34,111 bases of DNA, taken from the NCBI GenBank assembly GCA_008636045.1, contig SNRW01000054.1, positions 1 through 34,111 on the forward strand, read 5' to 3'. Each line of letters begins with the position of its first letter. Within the stretch, counting starts at the first letter, position 1. Below the pieces are notes generated by a model that saw only the letters and a list, made by a program, of their open reading frames with translations, was not told where the DNA came from and made no database searches. Made by a program: the position numbers and the translations under genes. This DNA comes from Streblomastix strix. Lineage: Eukaryota. Positions 1 to 12,337 of the stretch are shown piece by piece.

Positions 1-261
1 ATTATTTGATCAATAATTTCAGGATTAAATAAAAATTATATTTATTCAAGATAAGCATTTATAGCTTTATATTTTTATCATTATTGTTTGGAATAAAACA
101 AAATATCAATTAAAATCATTATTCAGCCATAAAAATAAAAATATTACAATATTATACGCAAGAAAAGTTGGAATTAAAATTTACCATAATTATGCGATTT
201 TTTATTAAATTATGCGGTTTTTGTCAGCCTGTAAATGTTATTTTTGTTAATCTTTCTTGTA

Positions 262-618
262 ATGGGAAATTCAAACAGCTAATAAAAAAGCAAACCCGAA
301 AAGATAGATGGTGCTAAACTCAAGAAATAGCTAGATGAAAACGAGCGGGAAACATATAAAAGACTCGATCTTCGTTTGCATCCGGCCAAGGCTCTGAAAG
401 GCATTACAATTTCAAGCCAGTAGCCTTAAGCTAATTAAAAACAAACTTCAAGTGGCACTGATGAATAATCTCGTTCAACAAATTCGAATTAAGAGAGCAC
501 AGGAACAAATTAAAAACTTAATATTGCAACTGGAATTTCATAATAAGGACCACAAAACAATAACGGTAACTAAATTAATTCAGACATAAATTAATAAACA
601 GCACCTGAATATTAATGA
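262..618 (+). CDS. Small Gln/Asn-rich hypothetical protein (118 aa) with N-myristoylation-type start, probably host
   Basis: With TAR=Gln the frame is open from ATG 262 to TGA 616-618: MGNSNSQQKSKPEKIDGAKLKKQLDENERETYKRLDLRLHPAK...; MGxxxS motif. Confidence 0.6.
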
Positions 619-712
619 ATACCAATAATCCACTTCAAATGAAGATATTTGAAAACACTTCAAAAAAGTACAAATTCCTAAATAAATACTATATTAAATA
701 TTATTTCATTGA

Positions 713-3194
713 TCAATATTAATTAATTTACTACTATTTTAAATTTTTAAAGAAATTGCAATTTATTTTGCATTGTTTACTTCTGATATCATATCTCCAA
801 TTACTTTTCTCTTATTGAAATCTTATTTCAGCATCAATAAATGTATTATTTCTTCTGCACTAATATATTCATCTATCATTCTTTCCTTTTCAGATGATGC
901 TTTTGCTTCTATTTCAGCAGATTGAATATTTTAAGCGGCTTTTAAAGCTCTCATTTTAGCTTCATTCTCCATATCAGCTATAATTCTCCTTTATAATATC
1001 TCTCTTTCAAGTTAAAATGCATTTTCTCGAATCTCTTAAGCTGTCCTTGCTCTCATTAATTATGCTGCTCTCATTCTGCGTGATTCTTCTTATGCTTATT
1101 CATTTACATTCATTCAATCTCTCCTAATTCCGATGAAAATTAGTATAATTTAGTTAAAATATTTAATATTGAATAAGTGGAAAATTAAATTAATAAAATC
1201 ATAGATAATAAGTTCTCCTAAAGAAAGTTTGAATATTTTTTTCTTCCTTCAACGATCCTAATTGAATGTATATAGAAGGAAAAAGAGTATGAGTGAAATA
1301 TAAAAATAAATAAATAAATAAATATATAATAATATAGTTTCAGAGTCTGGTTAGATATTTTCATCCTTCATTCACAGATATATATTTCTATATATTCTTA
1401 ATCAGAGTGGTGCATGATATATTCTCTCATCATCAACTATATTATTAATGAATATAATTATTACATATAAATAATAAATTACCAGTTCTAAAGTATATCT
1501 CCTTATCGAAAGCATTACGTGTTGTTTCTTCACCCTTAAGTTAATATGAATATGATAATAATTATAAAATGATAAGGATTAAGGGATAAAACAAAAAGAA
1601 ATATATATTTATTTAAATTCTTTATTATATCCTTTAAAAATTTATTGTTCTTTCACTAATATTTCTTATTTGATAATATTTTATATTTTTAAAAAATAAT
1701 AAAATTAATTTATTTAATTATAATAAAGAAATAAATTACATTACCTTGAATATGGTTTATCAGTAACATAATAACCCATCTCAGGAATTGACTGAAGTCA
1801 AAACTTGAAAATAATATAAGAAAAAAAGATGTGAAAATTAAATAATTAATATAAATTGAATTTAATATTAATTTGTTTTAAATACTTCTGTTTCAGTAAG
1901 AGGCTTTTCAGTGCATTCAATGTCAAAATGAGTAACCTCCGAACATGATATGCTGACAGCAACCTAAATATAATATATATGTAATTTTTTAATAGTTTAT
2001 TATAAAATAAAATAAAAGTATATTTTTATTTAGCATAAACTTCAGTAAATCCATATCCTTCTACAACAACGATATAAAAAAATGGTTGAAATAAACTCGG
2101 ATTTGTGAGCTATTAGAAAGTATAAAACTCTCAAATTAAATTATAATCATTTAATTGATGATATGCTTTATAATCAATCATTTCCAAATATAGAATATTT
2201 TCATAAGTGGAATTGAAGCATTATTATTATATACGAGTATTATTCATTAATTGCATTGAATATGAGTCTATCAACCCATTGTGATTATTTACCTTTATAT
2301 AAAAAGAGGGAGTAGAAGGCTTATTAAATAATAATTATCAATAACTTTCTTTAGTTTATTCAGTTTTGCTTAGTAGGACGTATTGAAGATGGAACGTTTC
2401 ATACATCCACTATTTTAGACCTTATTTATAATTAAGCAAACAAATAAATGAGAAAAATATGAATAAACAAATAAAAATGAAAAATAGTAATATGAAAACT
2501 TGATATTAAATCTTCACATATGTCTTCTCAAATATACATCTAACCCGTAATAAAAGTTATCATTCAAAATAATGATTATAAATGAGAGTAAAAGACAAAT
2601 AAAATATAAATATATTAATTTATTCCTTAAAATTCTTTTCAAATAATATTGTATTTACTATTTCTTATTAATTTCTTTTTCAACATAAAACCTGTTGTTC
2701 CAGAAGTATACATTATTGCGATCAATGTAACATATTCAAGAACTGTATCTGGAATCTAATTCGCTTTTCCAAGAGCAATAATGTCTGAAAATAAGTGAGT
2801 AGATCCTTCAGGAAATTTCTTCTTCTTTTTTCTTTAGAACAAATATGGTCATCAATAACTATAATAAATTCAAGCAATGGCACAGCACCCCTTTCTCGGA
2901 TTTCCTGGCATTTATAAGATAAGAAAGTAAATATAATAATAAAAAGAATGTAATAAAAATTCAAACAATGATAAATGATAGCAAAAAATGAGACTGTTTC
3001 ATCAGTATCAAGATCTTTTAGCGGCATATAATCAACATAAACTCATAACATAAATCAGTGTAAGAGCAAAAAAATTATTAGTACAAACCCTTTTGTTTGA
3101 TTCTGGAATGAACAGTGAGTACGCCTGAATCAAGATGCTAACACAAATATTCCGTCTTCTTGTGATATAGATGAATTTCGCCTTTAAAATTCAT
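713..3194 (-). CDS. Probable multi-exon host gene or pseudogene with coiled-coil C-terminal exon; exon structure unresolved
   Basis: Minus-strand coding blocks separated by AT-rich GT..AG segments, e.g. exon ~1888-1964 VAVSISCSEVTHFDIECTEKPLTETE and GTAA donors near 1744 and 1482. Last block ~713-1113 is E/R/A-rich coiled coil (EESRRMRAAQLMRARTAQEIRENAF). Confidence 0.4.
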
Positions 3195-3442
3195 ATCTGC
3201 GATTCATAGGTAAATTCAAAATAAAATTGATTATATTTGATTAAATTTTAATATTTATGAAAGTTTTAACAAAATAAATAGTTAAACTTCAAATTAAATA
3301 TTCATTGATAACGCAAATTGTTATATTATTTCTGTAAAATGTTTTTTAAGCAATATGTAAATGTTCAGACTTATAGAAAAATATAGAAAAAAGCAAATAT
3401 ACATCGTTATATAAAATAATATTTTATTATGATTAAAAATGA

Positions 3443-3514
3443 AGCGCCCACTGGGGATTGAACCCAGAACCTTAGGATCTGCAATCCCACGCTCGGCCAT
3501 CAAGCTGTAAGCGC
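3443..3514 (-). tRNA. tRNA-Cys (GCA), divergent D-loop
   Basis: Cloverleaf GCGCTTA CA GCTT GATGGCC GAGC G TGGGA TTGCAGA TCCTA AGGTT CTGGG TTCAATC CCCAG TGGGCGC T. Anticodon GCA, U73 discriminator typical of Cys, T5 run just downstream (Pol III terminator). Confidence 0.9.
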
Positions 3515-3999
3515 TCTGAACGTAGAATATCGTGTGATATATATCAATTTGTTACAAATGATTAATTTTTATAATTCATTATAAAATTCACTCAGATTTG
3601 TATTATCAATTTTTCAATAAAATATTGATTAAAATTCAAATTATTTTTCTTTTGAGAAATCATTTATTATATTAATTATGATTTTAAATTATATTTTTGA
3701 ACTAGATATTTTTAATATTTTAAAATATTGTATTGATAGATTTTCAATATTATTATTATTTTAATAAAAATTTGGTCTATCATTGAAGTTTCAGTTTTTT
3801 TTAATTATATTCAAAATATTATTTTTTAAAGCGCTAATTCGTCCCATTTAAACTAGTAATAGGAGTGAAAGACTTTCATTAATCATTATTATACAACATC
3901 AATTTTAAACAATAAGAATTTTTCTAATGTTAAAATTGCATAATCTTTCAATAATTTCACAAATTGTATAGATTCTTGTTAATTAATTCTCAATTTTTG

Positions 4000-5650
4000 A
4001 AAAATATTTATTCCATTTCTGATCTGTAAAATAGTTAGATTTGTATACAATATTAGCGGTTATTATTCGGTTGTAGATAAAAATAATATATCACTTTTTT
4101 TTAAAAAAACATTATATATTTGTTAATATCATTAACATTTTCGTCATATTGGTCTAAAAGGTATTACTTTGTTTTTATCAATGTCTTAAGCCGCTTAGTC
4201 AACAAAGCGATAAGCTAATACAATTATTCTATTAATTATGTTTTACTTAATTTATTATGTAAATTCGCATTTCTGTTTTATGAGTTCTATTTTTAGTTAT
4301 GTGAGCTCCAATATCTCTTCAGTTTAAATTTCAATTTTTAAAAAATACTAAAATTAGTTTAACATTATTTTTAATTCATTTGTTTGTAATAATAAATTCA
4401 AATTAGTGAATTAAAATAATTGTTAACAATAAATCCTTCATAAATAATTAAAGAAGATTAAAACAAATTTTTTTGACCGAAAGATTCAATAATTTCATAA
4501 GAATATTCAAGATGCGTAATTTTAGGAATCGATTATCAAAAATTGTTCATCTAGTTATTTAAAAAACAAATAAATTGTAAGAATTAATTTAGAATCATTG
4601 GATTAATTCATATTCAATAGCTCTCCTCTATAATTCTTAAGTCAAAAATTTATTCGATTATTTTTCCTAAATTATTCGTATTTTTTCTTCAAAATTCTAT
4701 ATTAACTTATAAATATAACAAAATTATCTTTATTTACATTAATATTTACAGCATTGCTATTTAGACTTACATTTTTAAATTTCTCTCACCAACCTTATAA
4801 TAAATCCTGAAGAAATGAAATATTTGTAAAAAATCATCGAATTATATATATACGTTTATTAGTATCCTTATGATAACGAAGTAAGAGTTTGAATTCTTCA
4901 AAAAATTAATGCAAGTCGAAAATTTTCTCTCATTTTCTCCAATAATTTTTCAACAACATCAGCACTATCCTTCAGTTTCCCAATTTCTGCATATATGATA
5001 ATGTTTTGTAGTTCTGATTATGATATATTTGAATTAATGACAAATTTATCGCCAGTATTTGGTTGATTTTGCAATTAATTTTAATATTCTCCAGTGCAGA
5101 TTGAAGCACTACGTTGATTTAATAAATTTATTTTAAATGATATAACTTAATTCCACATCAATAAACTATTGTTCCCTGTATAGCCAACTCAAACTTTACT
5201 GCACTCTATTTTAAAACAAGAGTTCATTGTATATCTATATGGAATTTATATAAACTTACCTTTTTAGTCTTTCCTTTTGCCAGATTGATTCTGAATTAAT
5301 TTTAATCATAAATTGGTAATAGAAAATGAGAGATAATATATAAACCTTTTGGACCCTATGATTTTTCGTATAAAAATAACAACATTCATCCACGCCAAAT
5401 GACTATGAGCATCAATGCATATTATTATTTATTATAGCCAATTGATATAAATAATGTATCTAATTGTTAACTATATATAGCAATAAAAAAAGTAAAATAA
5501 TCATTCTTAACCCCACATTTCTTTTTAGAATTAACGCCAATCTTTTATGTACTATTTACGTAATTTGTATTCCACTTCACTAACTTTTTAAATTTTGCAA
5601 ATGTAATTTTTCAATTCTTCTTTACCACAAACTATTTTAAATTTTTCTTC
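4000..5650 (-). pseudogene. Heavily decayed piggyBac-like transposase relic
   Basis: Fragments in the expected order across frames: SFGVDECCYF (cf. SIDE), IYIIR*FFTNISFLQDLL (cf. DNFFTS..L..L), YRFVDQAAQD...RKCQ*YQQIY (cf. GGVD..DQ...KW). No TIR or TTAA TSD confirmed. Confidence 0.4.
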
Positions 5651-5856
5651 ATAATCACTTAATTATTAATCTGTTAAAAGAAGTATAAATTTTTCTAATT
5701 AAATTTTATGAAAATTTTCAGAAAAGATATTATCAATTAATTCCACCTTACCTTACTTATCTACATAATCAAGATTCCAGCTAATAAGTTTTATTTCAAT
5801 GAAATTTAGAATAATAATTATCTTTGACATAATAATAATCATTTCCTAAACTAAAA

Positions 5857-7051
5857 TCACTTACTCTTCAATTACATAATTATCTAAATCATTTTAGAAA
5901 TCATGCGGTACTAATCTCGCACTTTCTAATATCATTCCTTGATTAAATTTATGATCTTCCCTTACTCTTATTTTTGCCATACTATTTTCATATTATTATT
6001 GTTCGATAGCTCTTTTCTTATCTCTTTCTGTTTTACACTTTTAATATCTAACTCATTAGGAATGCTAAATATTGCTTCATTCTCATCATTTGTAGTATTG
6101 ATAATATCACCAAAATCACCATTCCAAAATGCTGCAAACCTACTTACATTAATTGCTCCATCTAATTTTCTCTTAAATTTCTTTTATTAGTTATGAAGTA
6201 TTAATTATATGCTTATTTTATTGTTTTATTCAATTTCTTATATAGTGATTGAGTAGTTTAATCATCATCAATAAATTATTATTTTTAAGATGATTTATCA
6301 TAATATTACAATAACCATGGAGCATAACTCCTTTCCATTTCCTACCTCCAATGACTGAATATACTTAAGCTACTGTATAGCTACGCTATTTCAAGAATGG
6401 AGATAGAAAATGTTTAATGAAATATCTATAACCTTCTGCTGGCTTATCTTCTTCTTTCAAATATACATATTGATTCCCTTATCGTTATGCTCTAGTTGAA
6501 TTTTCACCGAAATATTTAGTCATTCATTAGCGTTTAATTTGAACTGTTATTCTAAGTCTATCAGCTGACTGAATAAACCCTTTATCATCACGAACAACAG
6601 ACTTTGGAAACTTATCACCATTAATATCTTCTTCTACTCCTGTCCATTTCGTATATATTTTATCTCTTGTGTCATTTATATGTTTCTTCCATTCTTCAAA
6701 TGATAGCTAATTTGACCAAATTTTCTTGAATTAAATATCTTTATTTTTACCAATCAAATCCATTAGTGGAGCATATTATTATTGCCTAGATTGTGCTAAT
6801 ATTTTATTTCGGTTATCTTTTGTAGAGTCACTATATCTTTAACAATCTTTATTATCTTTCAGTGTATAAAAAATTTTCGCTCCATGTGTTAATTATTCGC
6901 TATATGTTTGATATGGTTGTACTAACCCTTTATGTGTATAAAAATTTGTTTCGGGCTATCTTTATTTTGTAAGGGAAATATTTCCTAATCTTTGTGGTAT
7001 AGATGATGCTGAAGATGAACTTTATGAACTTGTTTAAATTTGTTCACTCAT
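5857..7051 (-). pseudogene. Hypothetical element protein, divergent from the ATPase, with internal TGA and frameshift
   Basis: MSEQIQTSSQSSSSASSIPQRLGN... long open frame with TAR=Gln containing EEDINGDKFPKSVVRDDKG. TAAATG start context is shared with other element genes. Confidence 0.6.
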
Positions 7052-7123
7052 TTAGTTCAAGCAAGAAGAAAGAAATCAACTACATGTTAATTGTTAGTTT
7101 CAATTATAAATAAATATCAAATC

Positions 7124-7765
7124 ATTGATTAACATAATAAATAAATGAGTTGCAAGAGGTTTGTATCACTAATAAACATGAGGAATAAAGTACAATTCAC
7201 AAGGAAATTAACTTTATATATAATTCTATTAACTTACTTATAGGATAGAGAGAAATTGGTAAGTCAAATAAAATTTTCAAAGAATTAATCAAATTGAGTT
7301 AGGTTAAGAATTGTTATACATTATTTATATATGTTACTGATAGCAATAATGATTAAACATATAAGAAAATGAGTACACTAATCAATATTCCAACAAAGAT
7401 TGTTATTTATGTTGAGATTGATGGAGTACTTAATGACATAATTGAGGCAAAAGCAGCACATGATACAATAATTGAGAAACATCTATTAAATTAGCTTACA
7501 TTAGAATCAAAATAGATTATTCTTTCTACTATTGGTGCATAAAATTTTAAAATGAAATATCCTCATACACTAGTTCTATTTGATGATGCAATGTCAGTGT
7601 TCAATAATAAGTAATTACCATAATTCAAAAAGCTATTCAAGAACAGATAGCCAAGAATCACTTATTTTCTATGCTTATATGACATAATAGGTCTTGATGC
7701 AAGTATAAAAGCAAATATTGATACAATATACTTTTTCGATGGATTCAATAGATAAAAATTTAAAT
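7124..7765 (+). pseudogene. A32/FtsK-HerA family DNA packaging ATPase, 3'-truncated
   Basis: Degenerate Walker A NLLIGQREIGKS (~7230-7265), Walker B TLVLFDDAM (~7567-7593) and KNRQPRITYFLCL (Arg-finger region). Start codon damaged; runs into an AT-only tract at ~7760. Confidence 0.85.
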
Positions 7766-8037
7766 AAAAAATTTTTAAAATTAAATTTATTAAAAATTTT
7801 TTTAATTGATAAAAAAATTAAATTTTTTATTTAATTTAATACATATTGGTATAATTTAGGATTTTGTATATACATTTTTTTAAAATTACTGTAATAAATT
7901 AATATTATAATAATTATTATGATTTATACACAAAGGCCAATATGAATACAACCATAGACTGAAACCATCGGAACTGTCCCATTTGCTGTCAAATATTATT
8001 CAACTCATTTTATTTGAAACAAAATCATTATGTTTAA

Positions 8038-8128
8038 TCAAAATACTAAATAGATTTCAAGTAAAAATAATATATTATTTTAATCAATTTATTCACCATC
8101 AATATTCTTAAACTAAAATTATACATTT
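8038..8128 (-). pseudogene. C-terminal piece of penton/minor-capsid-like gene
   Basis: VQFQFKNIDGEQIDQNNILFLLEIYLVF* resembles the C-terminus of single jelly-roll pentons. Abuts the left TSD of the Sola2 element. Confidence 0.55.
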
Positions 8129-10951
8129 GAGAGTTTGCCAACCATAAAATTATTTTTTTAATTTATATATATATTATTCACTTGTTAATAGTACTATTTA
8201 TATATAATGTTAATATATGTCAAATATTCATACTAGCTGAGATAAATTATATTTTTAATTTTTAATTATATTGAAAAAACAATAAAAAAATTTCAATTCT
8301 TTTTAAAATTATTCATTCGTAAAATTATCATTTATTTTATTATTCATTACAATATCAAAAATACATCAATCGTCAACGATTCGAACAGTGGATCGCTTCG
8401 GAGTCGCTTTGTTTGATCGTGTTCCGCATTTCATTGGAAATTCTGCCTATCCAGCGTCAGATATTCCAGTTAATGGGCGACCATAAATGTAATCATCAAT
8501 CGCAATAAAGTTCAAATATTTTTTGAACTAATCAATCTCCAAGAAATCCGAATATTAATCAAATCTGTCGATGTCTTATTTATATTTTAAGATATTATAA
8601 TATTTGAGATAAAAGTGGTATATAAATTAATATTTATTAATTTATTTGTTTCCTATATATAAATTTCATTTAATATCTATTTATTATATATAATAATATA
8701 CATAATGATTTCATGTTCACGAAATGGATCATTATAATACACGGCTTAGTGTTAGGTAAGCGAGCGGAGCTGTGATGCTAAGGAAGAAATGGATTAAATT
8801 CCATCTTTTGGCATTTTTCTCTAAATGCCTGTGCTATAATTACCAAAAATACCGTCAAGCTCACCCTTCCCATGATATTATTCAGTAAAATTCACTTCAC
8901 AGCTAACGCCAGGCAATAACGGATCTTCTAAGTTTAGCAAAGACCATATTAATTGCTTATTCCAAAAATGAAGTCCACCATCGGACCAGAAATGGACAGT
9001 CTCCACATCTTACATGAATGGGGTTTCGAACATACGTTGAATGCACTTAAGTGAGAAAGCACCGGTATGATTGAGTATTGTTGAAAGAATCGTTATTACT
9101 TTTTTATCATTTAAATTATCTTCTATTCCTTTATATAGTACTGCAGTAAGACAAGTAACTGGTGCTTTATTAAAGAAGCTTCTACTATCCTAGTCCCAAT
9201 CAATACCCAGCGTGAAATTTTCCTTGAAGTCGACCTAGAAGGTTGCCTCATGCAATTGCAGCTCGTTAATTTAAAGTTACAATTAATGATGCTGATGATC
9301 GGATCGAAAAACATGATCTTTCCACCTAAGAAGTATTTTTTAATCGTCAACTGGAAGATCTGCAAATGTTAACCCATTGACTTGCATTCTGAAGAAGATG
9401 TGATCCGCTTGATTGCATAAATTACATAGATCAGTACGTTGTTCAGGATCTATTAGATTAACAGTCTTAATATAGAAATTGCGCTACTTCAATTGCACGA
9501 ATGGGAAAAGTGCTATGAACGCTTAAAATAACCTCAACTTGCTGCAATATATCATCCATTTCTCCAAAAGAAATTAGTAATTTCCAAAGAAACACTTGTT
9601 TGGAACTGAAGCTGCATCTGTAAAAAAATCTCCTGTGAGTACTCTCATAAGATCATGATCAATTGGATTTGTAACTCTCTTAACTTCGGGATTAATTGGT
9701 TATTCATCATTATTACTGCTTTTGCGAGAGTCATCGTCTGGAGTTGATTCTTCTTCATATGCATCGTGAGTATTTAATCTTTTTCTTTTTAATTTATTAA
9801 TATGCATTCTCTTTGATTTTGTTCGTTTCTCTTTTTTCTTTGATTGCACAATCAAGTCTACCGGATCGAATGAGATAGCTTCACTGTTTTCACTTAATTT
9901 TTTCTATTTAATTTCCTCTTGCATTTAAGAATTTTCAGCATAGATATTAACATCAGCTCCAGATAATTAGTCAGATTCACTTGAATTTTCAGAATTTCTT
10001 GCAATTTCAGCAGCAATGTTTTTTCTTTTTTTATTTTTTTCTTCGTATAATCTCTTTATTTCTTTCTTTTGTCATTTAATGAAGTAATTCTGATGGAATC
10101 ACTTATGAAGTTGGCAATCGATCCATCATTGTCTTTTTAATATCGTTGCCTCATTTCAACAAAAATAGTTTGTAATGCTCAATTGTGCCAACTTTGTAGT
10201 CTGTAAGAAAAATGTACATAAAAATAAATAAAAATAAAATAAAAATTTATTTAAGTAGCAAAAAAATACTAACCTGCTGATATTGGTACATCATATGTTC
10301 TTCGTCTTTAAATTTGAAATTATTTTGGAATTGAAATGAATAAAATGTCTAAGATATAAAAGAAGAAAAATGATTTATATAATTTTATTCAAATAGAAGA
10401 CTAATTTTATTACAAACTTTTTCCCTTTTGATTTAGGCAAGATGGAAATGAATAAAACAATATGAATGAAATAATTAGCTGTATATGTGCTAAATGGATT
10501 CCTTCATTTTAAACAATTTCTGGTCGTAATTCTTAAGATGGCCTAAGATCATTCGATTCAAGTCGTTTTTTTGTAGCAGAAAAAGCTGATCTTGTTAGAC
10601 ATTCACAATACTCTGAATCAAAGTCTTGAAAAGTTTTATTAACTACCAATGGAGTTCGAACAGCTGTTCTAATATCTTTCGGTGAATTGTCAGCTACATT
10701 AATAACTAGTTAATCTTTTAACTTAATTATATTTTCAAGTTCGTCAACCCTGTTCTAAAGACGATTGATTTGGGCTTGTTATCGTCGCTCAAGAGCCGTC
10801 CTTGCTCGTTCTAACATTTTAATTAGATTTTTGAAATTTTTACGGAGAAAGTTAATCATAAAAATTGGTCACACAAACAAGGCTATATATTATATTTTAC
10901 TTCAATATTTCAATTAAAACATTACATGAATATTACGGTTTGCAAACTCCT
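8129..10951 (-). mobile_element. Sola2-type DNA transposon
   Basis: Imperfect TIRs: left GAGAGTTTGCCAACCATAAAATT versus reverse complement of right AGGAGTTTGCAAACCGTAATATT. Identical 4-bp flanks ATTT (8125-8128 and 10952-10955). Encloses a DDD transposase. Confidence 0.75.
8366..10817 (-). pseudogene. Sola2-like DDD transposase, intron-containing, frameshifted
   Basis: Motifs VDFKENF (9214-9234), FWSDGGLHFWN (~8975) and HGKGELDGIFG (8851-8874). ATG 10817 (MLERARTALERR), TGA 8366-8368, clear GT..CAG intron 10201-10273. Confidence 0.8.
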
Positions 10952-11048
10952 ATTTCTATCATGATTTTAATTAGCGAAAGTGTTTATTTGTACACTATTC
11001 ATCACATACACCAACATATTTATCATTATCTTAATCTTCTTATATAAA
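10952..11048 (-). pseudogene. Middle piece of penton-like gene stranded between two insertions
   Basis: Joining across the 6-bp TSD gives continuous DLYLYASF|IQEDQDNDKYVGVCDEQCTNKHFRQ. Confidence 0.55.
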
Positions 11049-11344
11049 ACTACTATACGATGGTGTTTTTCCAGTATTTTAACTTTTTCCCGATGTTTTC
11101 AGATCAATCCTCCACGATTCTAGCCAAAATGGTCATTTTGGAGATTTAACCCTATTTATCAACGATTCTAGCATATTTTTATCATAATTTATACACTTAG
11201 TTCAGAATACAAGGGAATCTTAACGATTATTTGAAAATGGAAAGTTATGGAAAATTTATGCTTAATATCAATGATTCTAACACATTATTACCATTATTTG
11301 TACATACTGATTAAGATAAATTAATGGGGAACAAATGCCAAAAG
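11049..11344 (+). repeat. Left terminal inverted repeat (296 bp)
   Basis: ACTACTATACGATGGTGTTTTTCC...AACAAATGCCAAAAG is the reverse complement of 18759-19054 with about 5 substitutions by eye. Confidence 0.97.
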
Positions 11345-11369
11345 CGCTTCAATTCTAAAAATAATAAAA

Positions 11370-12257
11370 TCAATCGAATCGTTGAAAATGTGATTATTGA
11401 TTAGCTTTTCCATAATTAACTGCAAATAAGTGCTACATATTTTCGTCTGGTGATTTTTAAGGAATTTCATTTTATTTTATTAGATATTCCACAAATTTAT
11501 CATAATCCAACATCTTAGTTTTACTATTTTGAATAGTTTAATTTTATATCATTGCATTAACCAAAATATAGATATTTCGAATATAATTTCCAAGCAAACC
11601 TTAATCAATAAAAGCTATTACATTATTTAAATCTTATTACTCTCTATTTGGTACGTTCATTTAATAATCTTCACGAAGTTCCTAGCATTTATTATGATCA
11701 ATTCCTGACTCAATTTAATTATATTCACATAGTACGTCACAAGTTGCTTCTAGTATTTAACCTAATTCACTTTCGAATAAAGCCCTATTAACATTTTTAG
11801 TATTAACTCCTTATGTTGAATAGTTATTTTTTTTATCTTATTATGAATAATGTTTAATCAAGAATTTATTCACAGATGATTTAAAAGTATTTTAATTACT
11901 TTATTCACTTGATTATTCACTTGTTTATTCATATTACTAAATCGTACAATCAACATCCTGAATTATCGGATAAATTTATCTTGGAAATGATGTTTAATTT
12001 GCTAGATCTATCAATGTTTCATTCTAATTTGTATTTTATGTTTATATCTAGCGACTTTTAGGTAATGTGTCTAAATATAATCTGTCGCGTCGACGTACAA
12101 TACGATGAGTTGGTACATGTATATATTTATTAATTATGAATGATTTAATTTAATCTAATGCAGGGTTGTCTAATATGAACAGTCTAATCTCTTCAGGTGA
12201 TGCTAATTTTGATAAATTCTATAATATTTCTAATTGGTGTTGATTTATATGAGACAT
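11370..12257 (-). CDS. Orphan hypothetical protein (295 aa) of the 8-kb element
   Basis: Uninterrupted with TAR=Gln: MSHINQHQLEILQNLSKLASPEEIRLFILDNP...HVPTHRIVRRRDRLYLDTLP...QSHFQRFD*. Divergent from pPolB across an 80-bp gap. Confidence 0.8.
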
Positions 12258-12337
12258 TTCGAAGCTGTAAAAATTCTAATTTTAATCATCATAATCAACT
12301 TTTAATCGTCTTTCTCAACTTTTTATCGCGTTCAAAA

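Noticed and set aside
3321..3503. Track ORF MMAERGIADPKVLGSIPSGR...
   Set aside because: It is a translation of the tRNA-Cys gene plus AT-rich flank.
7756..7835. AT-only inverted repeat (TAAATAAAAAATTT / AAATTTTTTATTTA) at the ATPase truncation
   Set aside because: Composed only of A/T runs in a region of almost no GC, so chance pairing cannot be excluded.
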